Source of the DNA: the human T2T-CHM13v2.0 reference genome, Homo sapiens | Assembly: GCF_009914755.1 (NCBI RefSeq) | Contig: NC_060931.1 | Direction: 5' to 3' (one strand) | DNA: 64,000 nt | Part shown: in pieces, positions 14,606-29,761 of the stretch | How positions within the stretch are numbered: the first letter of the stretch is position 1 | Layout of the letters: every line of letters begins with the position of its first letter | Position numbers and translations under genes: made by a program | The notes under the pieces: generated by a model | What the model was told of the DNA's origin: nothing | Databases searched by the model: none | Seen by the model: only the letters and a program-made list of their open reading frames with translations

Positions 14606-15899
14606 TATTGCTAAAACTTTTTAGGAGCCCTAAATTTCTATCTATGTCCTTAATGACTGACAAAATCAATGACCTTTCTTTTCTGGCAAAGAAACTTCAT
14701 TCAGTAACTCACCTTTGTTTTTGTTGTTGTTGTTGTTGTTTGTTTGTTTTTAAATAGAATAAATTAAATAACATTAAATCACATATAATACCAAAAAATT
14801 AGAGTTCAAATGTGTATCATATTACAATTATTTCAAGAACTTTATTATATATTGGTAGCAGATTATGTACCATAAGAAAACATCAACAGTTAATTAATTC
14901 TGATGATAAAATATATTTCATCATGTTTGCAGTTCTTCTAATTCCAATAGTGCCTAGACAAGACAAATAACAATACTTTTTAAAAAGACAAATCTTTTTA
15001 AAAGAATTATTTTTCACATGATGTATACTACTACTTTCACTTAAGTTTTATTAAAATTCACACTCCACTGAGGCAATAATTTGAATAATTTGGATCAGAA
15101 AACTGATTGTTTCATACCCCTTGAGGCTAAGTGATTACAAATGTAGTCTCAGAAATTCTGAAGTTCCCTCATATTTAAAATAGATTGCGGGGAAAATAGA
15201 CAAACTCAGCTCTCTAAAAATTGCTATAATCTATTAACTTGAAGTTAGGCAGAGCATGTTGGATTGACTAAAAAATGACATTGAGATTATTTGAATACAC
15301 ATTCACTTGAAAGATCACAAAGAAAAGATTCTTAAAAATTTGGGTTATTTGTTAAAATGTAAATTTAATTTTGTTTCTCCCCTGTAGCTTTCATTTATTT
15401 TTAATAAATCACAGGTGATGATGTGAACCCTTCAATATTGCTTTTTCATTCAAATTCTATCATTCCAAGCATCAATCTGAATAAGTATATTTCTACCATA
15501 TGGCTTCTTTTAGGCTTTATGTAGAAAATATTATCTTTCATGTGAATTTGTAATCAAAAATTGCTTCTTACATTATTGGCAAACCTGACATCATTTCCAG
15601 TTTGTATTATTCAAGAGAAACAAATTTATTTTTAAATTTGGAATTATTTCACCTACAGTTTCTAATTGAAAAGAACAGCAAATAATTTTTTTTTTAAATT
15701 CATTTATATACCTCTACCTATAGTTGGGAATAAAATATGAGAATTTTTATATTTTAATGTCAAATTTATATGTCTCATAATATACAAAATATGTTAGAAC
15801 ATGAGTTTATTATATAATTTGTAGATTAAAAGTTAATAGACAAATATGTAATTATACATGCATGATAAAAAAGTTTACTAATAGAGGAACCCAGTAAAA

Positions 15900-16180
15900 A
15901 ATGGCTACCAAATACAAAGTTACAGCTAAGTGGGAGGAATAAGTGTCCTGTAGCACAGTTGGGTGAGTATGGTTAACAATAATTTAATGTATATTTTCAA
16001 AAAGCTAGAAGAAGGGATTTTGAATGTTCACAACACAAATAAATGATAAATGTTTAAGGTGATGGATATGTGAATTACCCCAATTAGATCACTACACAGT
16101 GTATATATGTATCGAAATGTCACTCTGTATCTCACAAATATACACAATTATTATGTGTCAACTAAAAATAAAAGGAAAAA
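15900..16180 (+). mobile_element. L1MA-type 3'UTR fragment
   Basis: AAAAGCTAGAAGAAGGGATTTTGAATGTTCACAACAC...GGTGATGGATATG, then an A-rich end. Confidence 0.8.
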
Positions 16181-17629
16181 TTCATTATTTTCTAAAGTTA
16201 ATGCTTATGTAGATTCACCAACCTGTTTGCTTTTATCGATTCATCTGTTGTAGTCCTTGCTGAAGCACATATTTTAGAGGTTATTTTAGTCCTGGTATGA
16301 AAATGACTTTAGTCACCATTACTCATAAATAATCGTTTGGTTAGGTAAAAGACTGAGTTGATGTTTATTTTCCCTTGTACTTTAAAGTCACGATTGAATT
16401 ACATTCTGAACTTTTTTTGTTTCTGATCAAATGTAGGCTGCTAATCTAGCTGTCATCTCTTTGCTGGTAGTCTTTCTTCTTTTTTCTGATTGCTTTTTTA
16501 AAATATTTTTATTGAGGTATAACATACATATAATAAAGTACACAAAATCTTGAAACAAATGGCTACAATTGCTTTAGAGACTTCATCAGGTCAGGGATGA
16601 ATTAAGGGATTAAGAGACTTAGTATGAAAAAATATCATCTCCCTTGTGACTTTCTGAGATGAGGGAACCATCAGATTCTTAATTTATCCTCTTGTGGTCA
16701 GAAAGGAGATACCAAGTATAACAGTGATGGGAATAAGAATACAAAAGGCCTTGATTTGAGTCTACTGCGGTACCCTTCAAGGGAACAAAGAACGTGTCAG
16801 GAGGAACACATCCACCTGAACTTGGCAGAATGTGTCTCTCTCATCTGTTGTGGAATTGTAATCTAGCCTGAAGATTCCGGATTTCTGCCAAAAAGGGCTA
16901 AAGATGCCCTGAGGGCTGAAGACAATGAAAGATTAGTGCACAAACATCAATAATGCAAAGAACACTATTGTAAGTTTCATAAAAGAAGTATGAGTTATTT
17001 TGTGAGACCAAAGAGATGGCAAATGCAACTGCTTAAGAGGGAGAATTAATGTATAGCAGCATTTAAATGTATAGAATCAAATGAATGTATCAAATGAATA
17101 TATCAAAATGAATGTACAGAATTGAATGTATAATATAATTTGAATGTAGAGTATCTGGTGTACAGACTCTATTATAGCAGCATTTGAAACAGGTCTTGAA
17201 AGAAAGAGTAAAATTCTCTTGGGAAGTTTGTTGCAAAGGGAACAGCATGCTTGAAGCGGAAAAGTGCTGTTCCCATCCAGAGAACTAACAGGAAGAGTGA
17301 TGTGGCCGAAATACAGTGGTGTGCACAGGCAGCACACTGTGGAAAACACTGGAAAGGCAAGTGAAGTCAGAATGGGAGGCCATCACTTGCGTCACTAAAG
17401 AATGTGTGCCACTGCAGACACAATGGGAAGTGACCACTGGAAATGTGTGTATGTGTGTAAGAAAGTAAAATAGTAGTGGCATCTAAAATGGATGGGTGCA
17501 GACCAAGAGAGCACCAAGGAACATGCCTGGAAGATCCCTGCAAGAGGCCAGGCAAGGCATGAGAAGGGCAAGGATTCTATTATTAAGAAGAGAGGCAGAA
17601 AGGATTTTGATTTGAATTCCTTGCTTTAT

Positions 17630-18041
17630 GCCATTTATTAGTTTTCTGTAACAACTTATTATAAAGTGAGCGGCTTAAAGCAACATAAATGTATTGTCTC
17701 ACAGTTCTGGAGTCTAGGAGTCCAACATCAAGGTGTCAACAGGGTTAGCTCTTTCTGAAGGTCCTGAGAGAGGATCTGTCCTGAGCCTCTCTCCTAGCTT
17801 CTGGCAGCCTCAGGCATTCCTGAGCTTCTCCATCTTAACATGGCATTCTCCCTGTATCTCTGTATCCAATATGACATCAATCACATTGGATTAGGAGGCC
17901 ACCCTACTCCAGTATAACCTCATCTTCACTTAACTAATTATATCTGCAATGACCCTGTTTTCAATTAAGGTCTCACTATGAAGTACTAGGGGTCAGGACT
18001 TCAACACAGCATTTTGTGGAGATACAAGTCAACCCACAATA
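17630..18041 (-). mobile_element. MLT1 (MaLR) solo LTR
   Basis: GGCTTAAAGCAACATAAATGTATTGTCTCACAGTTCTGGAG...GGCCCACCCTACTCCAGTATAACCTCATCTT...TCAACCCACAATA. Confidence 0.85.
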
Positions 18042-18343
18042 TGCCTCAAGGGAATGAAGAAGAACCCAAGGAACTGCAGTGTTCCTATTCAGAAAAATAA
18101 GAGTTTGACAGTGAAAGCATGAACGGTGTTCTGTGAATCAGAGTTGGGTAGAAGGGCTATTCCTTATGAAGATGCTATCAAATAAGGATAACTCATTTCC
18201 TAAATACTGTTTGATTTTACCATTCAAACTTGCCTAAAATACAAGGTATAATAGAATATAATGCCACATAAAACGGGGGAGGGGCAAACTGGAAGAATAG
18301 ACAGCAGCAGTGGGAGGGAAATTTACATCACAAAGCAAATATG

Positions 18344-18736
<393 letters not shown>

Positions 18737-20167
18737 TCAATTAAGCATGTCTGTGCCTTTAAAGAGAGACCAGTGCTGCAGGACACTTATTCCTCCTTCC
18801 ATTTAACTGGAACTTTGTATTTGGTGGCCAAATATTTTTTACTAGATTCTTCTATTAGCAAATTTTTTTATCATGCATGCATAATTATATATTTGTCGAT
18901 TTATGTACTTTTAATTTGAATATGTTCCTGTTCTAACCCATCATCACCCATACTTTAAAATATATATATTGAAAAATCACTGGCTAAGGTAAACTCTGAA
19001 AGAACATATAAACATTTACAATATAATGATCATTAAATTTGTCATTTAAAGGCTTTCAAATAGGAGGAAGTAACTGTACCTAGCAAAGGTTATTAGTAAA
19101 AACTATCCTAGTTGGTTACTTGCCAACTCAATTAACTGCATTACCCCTCTCTTGCAACATATGTTATTGTCTGCTTATATCATCTGCTCATATGCCAAGC
19201 AGAGATTAGGTCTGCATTATAACAATGTAGTTTCTTAGAAACATGTCACAAGAGGCAACATCAAGATCTCTTTCTAAAGACTTACTGCATAGCTAGGGAA
19301 GACCTCTATCTAAGCTATCATTGAATATAAATTTTATGAATGTTTTTAAGAAATGAGGAGAGCACCATAGCAGTATTGTGATTGCAATCACATTCCTTGA
19401 AAGGCTGTGGTTGCAAAAAGCTCACCCATAGTCTCCAGTTTTTAGAGGAAGTTGAATTGCCCTCTTTTAAGCAGACTGTGTTTTCTTCTCCATCCAACAT
19501 GCAGGGGTGTAATACAACCTCACCTGGGTGTAGAGGGATTTGCAAACACAATTCCAATTACAAGGAACAGGATATGCACACGTAAGGGCCTGCCCAGAGA
19601 GCTGCGAATTCACCTTCTAATTTGCAGTGTTGCCCCCAGAGGCTGAGTATGAATCTGCCTGCATATGGTGAGTATGTGGATGCTTGTGCCCAGTGCACCA
19701 GGTGGGAGCTATGGAGCTCACAGTCAGGGAGGCTGAGCAGATGATTTACAGCTGACATCTAAGTGCTCCTTAGAGGACCGCCAAGCACTGCACTAAACAC
19801 CACCAATCAGGCAAATCCAGTCGTGGTAAACAGGCTTGGCATGAACAACAGAAATAAAATATGCTAATCAGTTGTCCTACTCCATGAAAATAAGTCAGCA
19901 GGGAAGGAATTGGGGGAAAAAAGCCACATCTTTAAGACTTTGCAGAGGGTTTTGGTTAATTTTTTACATTTCTCTCTAGATATAACTTCACTGATATTTT
20001 TATCCTATTTACAACATAGTAATGTTTTATAAAACTACCCTCTTCAATGGTTTCTTTTTTTTTGAAATCTTCAAATCCCCTTCTATGTCACCAGAAGTTA
20101 ACTATGGCATCTGAATAAATGTATACATGTATATAGTGTCTAGTTTGTTCAATAGTCTCTACAGGAC

Positions 20168-20428
20168 GCAGTGTAGTGTAATGGTTAAGTACAACAGGGC
20201 TGGCACTCGGCAGCTTGGGCTCGAATCCTGCCTCTACCACTTCCTAGCTGGGTGGCCTTGGTCAGATTTCTTAAACTCTCTAGGCTTCTGTTTCCTCATC
20301 TACAAAATGGGATTATAACAATACCTGGTTTTTAGAATCACTGGGAGGGTTAAATAAGTCAGTATAAGCAAAACTCTTAGTATAGTACCTGGCACATAGT
20401 AAGTGCCCAGTAAATGTTAGCTACTATA
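20168..20428 (+). mobile_element. MIR SINE, near full length
   Basis: GTGTAATGGTTAAG...GGGCTCGAATCCTGCCTCTACCACTTCCTAGCTG...AAAATGGGAT...CCTGGCACATAGTAAGTGC. Confidence 0.85.
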
Positions 20429-21338
20429 ATTCAATATACTGTCTGTTCACCTTTGACATGGTAGTTGTATTATTAACAAATATAATATTATAAAATTTGA
20501 GTAACCAAGCCAAATACTCTGATGGCTTGTAATGGGGGCTAGGAGTTAGAAGCATTTAGAAATAAGATAATTTTCATGGAACTATTAGAGGCTTTGCTTT
20601 TGTTTTGCAGTTGGAAGAATATATTATGAATCCTAAACATCATTAAAACAATATGGCATATAATACTTAGCTTATTTACATGAGCCTTTCCTTTCTGACC
20701 TGCACCAACACTGTCATTAGTGCATCCTTTACTGTACATCCCTATTTCATCACCTTGATTACTCAGGCTTGAACACACAAAATGCAAAGACGCTTCCATG
20801 GTGTAGTAGCGGTGCTCTAACAGCTTTCATTTTTCATTATAGCAAATGTGGACAATGTGATACAAATTTTAGTTACCAATGAATTGAGTCTTTTATATCT
20901 AGCTGGCCTTAGAAATGAATAGCCCTACAGGAACAACAACAACAAAAAACTCCTGTACATTTTACTATACTTAATGAAGATGCAAACACAGGCTTGCCTA
21001 GAGAACAGAGAAAGAAGAAGACTGGAGGTGAAAGACCTCAATTCCATATTTTCAGCTCTTCATGACTGTGAACAGTCATTGGAGAATGTAGCAAATACTT
21101 GCTCCTTTTCACTTTAAAACTGAAGTGGTAAAAATAAACAGGTCAGGTGACTGGGGAGAAAGAAGTAGAGAATAATACATACATTATCAGATTAGCTTTA
21201 ATAAGAAAAATATGTATGTTTTGGGAATTTCTCAAGTGTGTGCAGAATTCTAATATTAATACCAGTCAAAGAATGGACACTTCAGTGTCACCATGATAAC
21301 ACCTGGCACATTTGGAATCTTCAAAGGTTTCATATTTA

Positions 21339-21640
21339 TTTTATTTATTTATTTGTTTTGGGACAGAGTCTCACTCTGTTGCCCAGGCTGGAGTGCAGTG
21401 GTGCGATCTCTGCTCAGTGAAACCTCCACCTCCCAGGTTCAAGTGATTATCCTGCCTCAGCCTCCTGAGTAGCTGAGACTACAGGCACCCACCACCACGC
21501 CTGGCTAATTTTTTGTATTTTTAGTAGAGACAGGGTTTCACTGTGTTAGCCAGGATGGTCTCGATCTCCTGACCTCATGATCCGCCCACTTTGACCTCCC
21601 AAAGTGCTGGGATTATAGGCGTGAGCCACGGCACCCGGCC
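21339..21640 (-). mobile_element. AluSc/Sc8-like SINE
   Basis: Full antisense dimer; 16-bp TSD AAAGGTTTCATATTTA. Confidence 0.95.
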
Positions 21641-22696
21641 AAAGGTTTCATATTTAATCTTACGAAGATTTGATTAAAGATAATAAAAATAGAATATTAA
21701 TTGGGTTTTTAACAACATGGCACACACTATATCCAATTTCATTGCATTCCCCATAGTGAAACAACTTTATGGCACTTGAACTTTTCTTCACAAATTATAG
21801 AGTTCCAAGCCTAACTTTGTTTTCATATCAAATGTTTAGCAAGTTTTTAAAAATGTGAGTAAGTGGAGCATAGAACACAGTAAGAAAGGTTTCAAGATTT
21901 GTTTGGCTATCACTGAGATTACACAGATAAAAGAAGATATCCAATGTAAGACACCAAGATGACTTCATTAAAAAAACATGTTCACAATGACAACAATTAA
22001 CATTCCTCAAATCCCCATGAACAAAATATCAACCCTATGTAAGTAAACCATTAAGCTCTATCCTCTAAAGGCATGTAGTACAATTACTTCTTTTATTGGT
22101 GTTAAACATGCGAGCTTAGCCACAATAAATTAAATCAGTCATACGTTGTTCATTATATCACAAATATCAATGGAAATTCTTAATATTCCCAGATGTTTCT
22201 ATCAATAGAAGTTGGTAATTAATGATGACAAAACAAAAATCCAAAATAACTTTATACTCAACTCTCAAAACACTTAATATTCATCATATCATGAATTCTG
22301 TGAGGCAAATATTTTAACACTTTTTTACTATATTCCCTAAGGGATTAAGGTATTAAGTTTTTGTTTTAATTATAATATGTAGCAAGCCAATTATTATATG
22401 GAATAAGGCAGTAAATGAGATCACGCTGCTTTATTGTTCCTTTGATAGTACTGAAACCTGAATGTTTAGATGCAGAAAAATGTGTAATGAGGACTTGTTG
22501 AAGAACTCTCTCAAGTGAGGAGGTAGTTTCATTAGGCTAAAAATAATAATAAAATTAGAACTACGTTTATTGATGCTTACTATATAACTTGGATTTTAAA
22601 AAAATCCTCACTGCAACTCTGTGAAATAGCAGCAGCAGTATGGCAGACGTGGCTTATATTGGCTAGAGAAAGCTGATTGTACACATCTCTTCCCAA

Positions 22697-22758
22697 GATC
22701 CACCTGTCTCGGCCTCCCAAAGTGCTGGGATTACAGGCATGAGCCACCGCACCCGGCC
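22697..22758 (-). mobile_element. Isolated Alu 5' fragment (~62 bp)
   Basis: Near-consensus Alu start; no linker, right arm or tail. Confidence 0.85.
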
Positions 22759-24457
22759 CCAATCATAATTCTAAAACAAAAATATCAAAAAGAGTTCTAT
22801 GAGAAAAACTAAAACTTAGCAATGTATTATCATCATCATCATCATCATTAAAAAGATAAATGACTTGCTGACTTCTGGTCAACTTCCTCCAAGTAATCAA
22901 CATAACTTTGCTATGAAAAGTTCATGACACCTTGAGGATAACTACCATGTTTTTAGCATTGTAAAATTTAATAACAGGAATATGTATATAAAATGCAAAA
23001 ATAACAAATATAACAAAAATAACAACAAAAATCTTATATCCTAGTTGAGGACAAACAATATTAAAGCACAAGACAGAAGATAATTGCCAATTTACAAATG
23101 CTAAAGTAATGACAGAGTAGGATGTATTCTCTTCTCCTTGCATAAAGTGAGGAGGGACTTTTAAAATAATAGTTTCTTTTTTTCTGATATACACAGTTAT
23201 TATCATTGAAGGTACTAAGATTCCTAGAAGTTGGTGTTAAACTACACTTTCAATTCTCTGTGAAATCTTATCTCAAGCAACTACAAATATTATTCAAGTT
23301 TTTTAAAAAAATAATTGTCTCAAATCCCTGGTATACTAATAGGCTCTTGGGGTTCAAAATGAGGAAAGAATGCAACATACTACAAATTATTGCATTATTA
23401 TCAGTTTGGGGATGGGAAGGGAAGAGGTGGGACTTCAAAAAGCCTAAAGGTTGGCAGAGCCTATGCTATGAATCACAATATTTGGAAATAGGTAAATTTT
23501 AGGTGTCTCAGTAATAGGTATATTTTAGAGAGTGGCACGCTGCCTGACTATATACTAGGTAACATGTAGTTGCTGCAGTAAGGCTGGCCATTTTGAATCA
23601 GGGAAACTCCTGCTCACCAAAAGGAAAAACCTGTTTACATTCCAAAGCAAAAAGAGAAGTTCCACATACAGGAAGTTGCCAACAGTGTCACATATTGCGA
23701 AGAGACCCAGAAAGGTGAGAAATCAAAAATAGGTCATTGGATTTGGCTCATAGAATGTCACTGTTGACTTTTATGAAAGTAAAATCAATAGTATGATGGA
23801 CAAAAGAAAGCTTTATAATAAGTTATGAAGTGGGGAGTAGAAGATGAGGAAGTGAAATTACTAAGTGTAGTATTTTTACATAAAGTTTGGTGATGAAGGA
23901 AAGCTGGGAGGCATGATGATAGTCTTAAGGCAATGTAAGATCAACTACAGGGTTTATTTTTTGGTTTTGGTCTTTGGAGGATGTTTGTAAGCTAAAAAGA
24001 AGCAGAAGAGAGGAAGAAATTAAAAATAAAAACATAGAAGTATGCAAAAATAAGGTGAAGCTTTGCCAGTGGAGGGCTTATGAATGAATTTGGTGGCTGC
24101 CCATCAGTTACAGCTCACTGTGGTCATAACTCCAACCTCTCTTGGATAAGGTCAAGATGTAGGAAATCCGAGGAGAGTGAAATAAAACAAGTATAAATTT
24201 TCTAATTAAAGAAGGAAAAAGCTAAGATTATTCAGGTAGTACAGAATGGCTGACCTTTCAGTATATGGATCTGAAAGTGCTTGACTGCCAGTAAAGTTGA
24301 AATATTGCAGCATTATCTGAGTATTTGTATGTGATTGCAGTTGATAGATGTTCATAGTCTTCAGGTGGATAAAAGGCAGCTGTAGCTGAAAATTAATTTG
24401 TAATTTTGGTATTGGCCATCCTATTATAGAACTAGTCTCTTCCATTTATGCTTTTGT

Positions 24458-24516
<59 letters not shown>
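24458..24516. repeat. (TCTA)n / GATA-type tetranucleotide microsatellite, ~14-15 units
   Basis: Perfect repeat read directly. Confidence 0.97.
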
Positions 24517-24517
<1 letters not shown>

Positions 24518-25572
24518 CTCAATCTTTCTCCCTCTCTGGCTGTCTCACCCCATGTTCTTCCCACCCCTGTCTCTCTGTTCCTTTCACTCTCATGCCTCTT
24601 TATCTTATTTTTTCCCCATTTCTCTTTTAGTGTTTTCACCTTTCAGGTTCTCTGATGGTTCCCACTCGTATCTCCAGTGCATGTCATATGATGGGTCTTC
24701 ATTACATTTCTACTGAAATAAAAAAATTTAATTTCATGCCACAAAGTCTTCTCTAAAGTCAAATGTATTGAAACAGAAAGCTGAGAAAGAACAGAAATCT
24801 AAGCCTTGGATGTCCATTGGCAGCCAGGACACTGTCTTCCAGCAGTTGGGTGACAGGAGCAGATGGTCTAAAGGTTGGTAAAAACACTTGATTTGTTGCA
24901 AAATAGGCAGGAAATCAGAGAATGGACGTGGCTGTTCTCTCGGTAGAAGAATGTAAGGATTACTTAGGGAGAGCCACATATTGAAGAGTGACCATCTATT
25001 CAAGTTCATCTCAACAGTTACTGGGGGTCAGAATGTCCAACAGGCTAGGCAGCTAGAGCGCTGAAACAGGCCAAACACCAAGAGGGCAAAAGGAAGAAAA
25101 GCTTTAAGAACTCAGTCATCTACTATTAAGACAATAAAGCTCATCAAGAGAGACTGAAACGAATAAGCAACAATGTGCGCCACCAGCAATGATCAGCTTG
25201 GCAACTCTGATAAAAAGAGGTGGATCATTTTGAGTGAAGGTGTCAAGATGCTTATGAATCTAAAAGAGACATGACGCATAAAAGCAAGAGGAATAATTAT
25301 AATCATTATAGTATCTTCAAAAGACATTTTTGACACATGAACCATATGAAAGAATCATAGAATGTTAGAGCTGGAAAGGGCCCTGGAAGCATCTGACCTA
25401 ATCTCCACCTTTTACAGGTAAGGAAATTAAGGCCCAGAAACATGAAGTGATTTGTCCAAGGACACAGAGGTCATTAGTGAGAGAGAACAAACTGGAATGC
25501 AGGTCTCCAAGGCCCAGGCTGCTATTCCAAAAATCCTGTATCCCTGCAATGGGAGTAGTTTTTTAAACAGCC

Positions 25573-25629
25573 TCACATCAGTTTTCTTAACCACATCTTC
25601 ACATCAGTTTTCTTAACCACATCTTCACA
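25573..25629. repeat. Perfect 26-bp tandem duplication
   Basis: TCACATCAGTTTTCTTAACCACATCT x2 followed by TCACA. Confidence 0.95.
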
Positions 25630-26325
25630 GGACACTAACCCTTAGAGCTTTGAGGAAGAATTTTATAAAAAGCTTTGGAATGGGGCTGAAAGAGAGGGCA
25701 TCCAAAGGACCCCAGGTGCATTCAGGACATTTCCTAACCTAAATCTCCTCTGAGATTAGTAAAATGGACATTATTAGCCCCATTCTACAGATGAGGAAGT
25801 TTCACTCCAAGACCATACGATGGAATAACATCTTAAATTTCACATGAGATAAATCCTTTGCAATCAATTTTTTTTTTTTTAGAAAAAAATCCTCTAAGTT
25901 TTGCAGCACTGGAAGAAATCACTGTTTTGTTGGCTGAGCACCAGATTAGGTAGCAGGCTTTCAGGAAGATGACATGTTGCACAAAACAAATGGACTTTAA
26001 ATAATACACTTTAAACAATAAAGTTACACCCAGCCTGGGGATGCTCACACTACTGGAGCCATGTGAGAACTCAGACAAACTGAAGGAACAGCAGATTCAC
26101 ATCTTGCTTTTCAACTTCACTCAGAAGTGTGTGCTCTCTAGATGGGCAGGTAGATAGGATCACTCACATCATTTACTTTTTACTCTTCTGTCTCTGTCAA
26201 CCGTAATTGAAATCTCATAACTTAAACACACCTATAATGCAACTTTAAGCGACTAGCCCAAGTTCACACAGCTAGTGTCATCTCAGACCTACATGTATGT
26301 GGTATCTTGAAAAAGTTAATAACTG

Positions 26326-26677
26326 TTTTTTTTAATTGTAGTAAGAACACTTAATACGAGGTCCACCCTCTTTAACAAAATTTTAAGTGCCCAGTGCAGT
26401 GCTGTTAACTGCAAGTTGTACAATGCTGTGCAGCACACCTCTAGAAGTTACTCACCTTGTATAACTAAAACTTTATACCTCTTGAACAGCAACCGTTTCC
26501 CCCTCCTCCTGGCACCTGGCAACCACCATTCTATTCTCCGCTTCTGTGAGTTTGACATTTTTAGATCCTGCACAGAAGTGGATTCATGCAGTATTTGTCC
26601 TTCTGTGACTGGTTCATTTCACTTTGCACGAAGTCCTCCAGGTTCATCTGTGTTGTCACAAATGACAGGATTTCCTT
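26326..26677 (-). mobile_element. Old L1 (L1MA/MB-type) 3'UTR, antisense
   Basis: Poly-T, then CCTGGCAACCACCATTCTATTCTC...GCAGTATTTGTCCTTCTGTGACTGG. Confidence 0.8.
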
Positions 26678-27937
<1,260 letters not shown>

Positions 27938-28790
27938 ATTTATTGTGAAAGGCAAAGTGTGGGAAACCCTGCACTTATAGTTAAGGTACTTTGATATAAC
28001 ACCTAAATCTGATATTTGAAAGCCATGGAACCTTGATCAATGTACCTAACCACTTGAGTTCAGTTTATCTGCAAAATGAGATTATTACTAATATTTTATT
28101 GACAGTATGTTACATGGATCAAATGGGATAATGCCAGTTAAAATGATTTGCAAGCTGACAGCCATAACAAAAGCAAGAATTATTATTTTAAAATAATTCT
28201 TTTAAAAAATAAAATAGTTTCTGTCTTTGAACTAGTGCTGGAAATGTGATAAGCTTCCCAGCCTATTACTAAGCAAAGAATAAAGACAATTTCACCATAT
28301 ATAAAAGAGCACTACAGCTTTAATACAACAACAACAAAAACCCAGGTTAAAGTTGAGAAAAACATATCAAAACAGATTTGCTTTGCCTTTCTGGTTCTCC
28401 CAAACCAAGCTAAGGTGCAGTTTGAGGACTTGCTTTCGGGTATGTTTGACAGCAAGCATGAGCTGGCTTCTCTTTAGGGATGGATATAGCTTTGGTAACC
28501 CAATTTTTTAACTGCATGGTTAATTATATTTTCTGAAAACTAGATATTTGTGATTGTGCTCCTGACATGATTTGGACCCCAGTAAATCATTTAGGTAATC
28601 AAAATAAATAACTAAATGGTTATTTTTATTTTTGTAATTCAAATCAAAAGAATAGGTGTTGTAATTAGAACACCTATATTTCTGATAGGCATCCCTATCA
28701 GAAAGATTTTTATAACATGTATCCCAAGATGTCTTTATTTTACAAAATAATGCACTAATTACTGTACCATTGTGTGCATTATAAACATAC

Positions 28791-29761
28791 CCCAAATTAG
28801 AAATCCTCAAAGGATGAAATAACGAATAATATATAGGTAGAAGTTCTAATATTTTCTTTACATCATCCAGTGGATCATCCTGTCTGCCCTCTATCACAGC
28901 TACACAGTCTGCTCCTACTCTGACATACATACTCTAGAGACACAGAATTAGACAGTGCTTTGTTAATTAATTAGACAAGCAATCATTAGCTATCCTATTT
29001 ACTGCCCTAACAGATCAATACGTTTCAAGGATTAAACACCAGGAGATATGTAAAATGTAGCTGTACTGTTTAAAATTAAGTAACCCTAACCAAAAATGAG
29101 ACCTGTTAAGACTGAAATTAGATTACTTCTATCTCACAATCATCACTGAATAGATGTTACATGAGTTCTGCAACAGCTGAATAAGCGACAGTTAATATTT
29201 ACCTGAAGCAATTTAACTAAACATTTCTGTGTGGATCTTGTTACAAAGTAAATATTATTTATGTGCTGTTCTCCCTGTGCAGAGCGCAGTCAAACCGTGA
29301 AACAGTACCTTCATTTAAAAAGAGAAACTCAATAAACCAGACCATTTATATTTCCCAGTTTGATAATAGTTCCCCAAAATGTCAACCCCTAAGAGAAAGA
29401 TTAGTTCATTATATTGCCTCACTAAAAAAAAAAAATACAGGTTATCTGTCCTTGGGGCATAAAAATATGAAGTCATAGAAGACTCGTGCTACTTTTTGTT
29501 TTGGAATATATATTACAAACTATTTTCAATGTACTGGATCAAAACTGTGGAGGAGCTTCCTATGCAACTATTAAACTTACATAAGAAAAGAATACAAATT
29601 TAAGTGGGAAAATCTGAAAGTATTTCCTAGAAGAAAAATCAGTATTCTTTCCATTGAAATAAACCCAAATTAATTTGGGAGTCAGAATTCTTACCTTTAA
29701 ATATGCTATTTAAAAAATCTTGGTGTTGTTCCTGATTTAGCTTATTTTCCTCTGTGCCATC
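28791..29761 (-). other. Cluster of three candidate spliced exons (29695-29761, 29203-29308, 28791-28933), probably non-coding or terminal
   Basis: AG...GT boundaries: ttcag|...AAG|gtaaga; atgaag|...CAG|gtaaat; ctaattctgtgtctctag|...GGG|gtatgt. Motif evidence only. Confidence 0.3.

Noticed and set aside
17053-17190. Two TAGCAGCA motifs resembling the miR-15/16 5' end
   Set aside because: The downstream sequence does not match those miRNAs and no precursor hairpin is evident.
19377-19392. 16-bp palindrome TGTGATTGCAATCACA
   Set aside because: About one is expected by chance in a window of this size.
24740-25260. Possible RTE/L4-type LINE relic
   Set aside because: The resemblance is too faint to support without a profile search.
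28520-28930. 136-aa ORF as a single-exon CDS
   Set aside because: No recognisable homology and an AT-rich low-complexity C-terminal half; only its 5' part is kept as a weak exon candidate.
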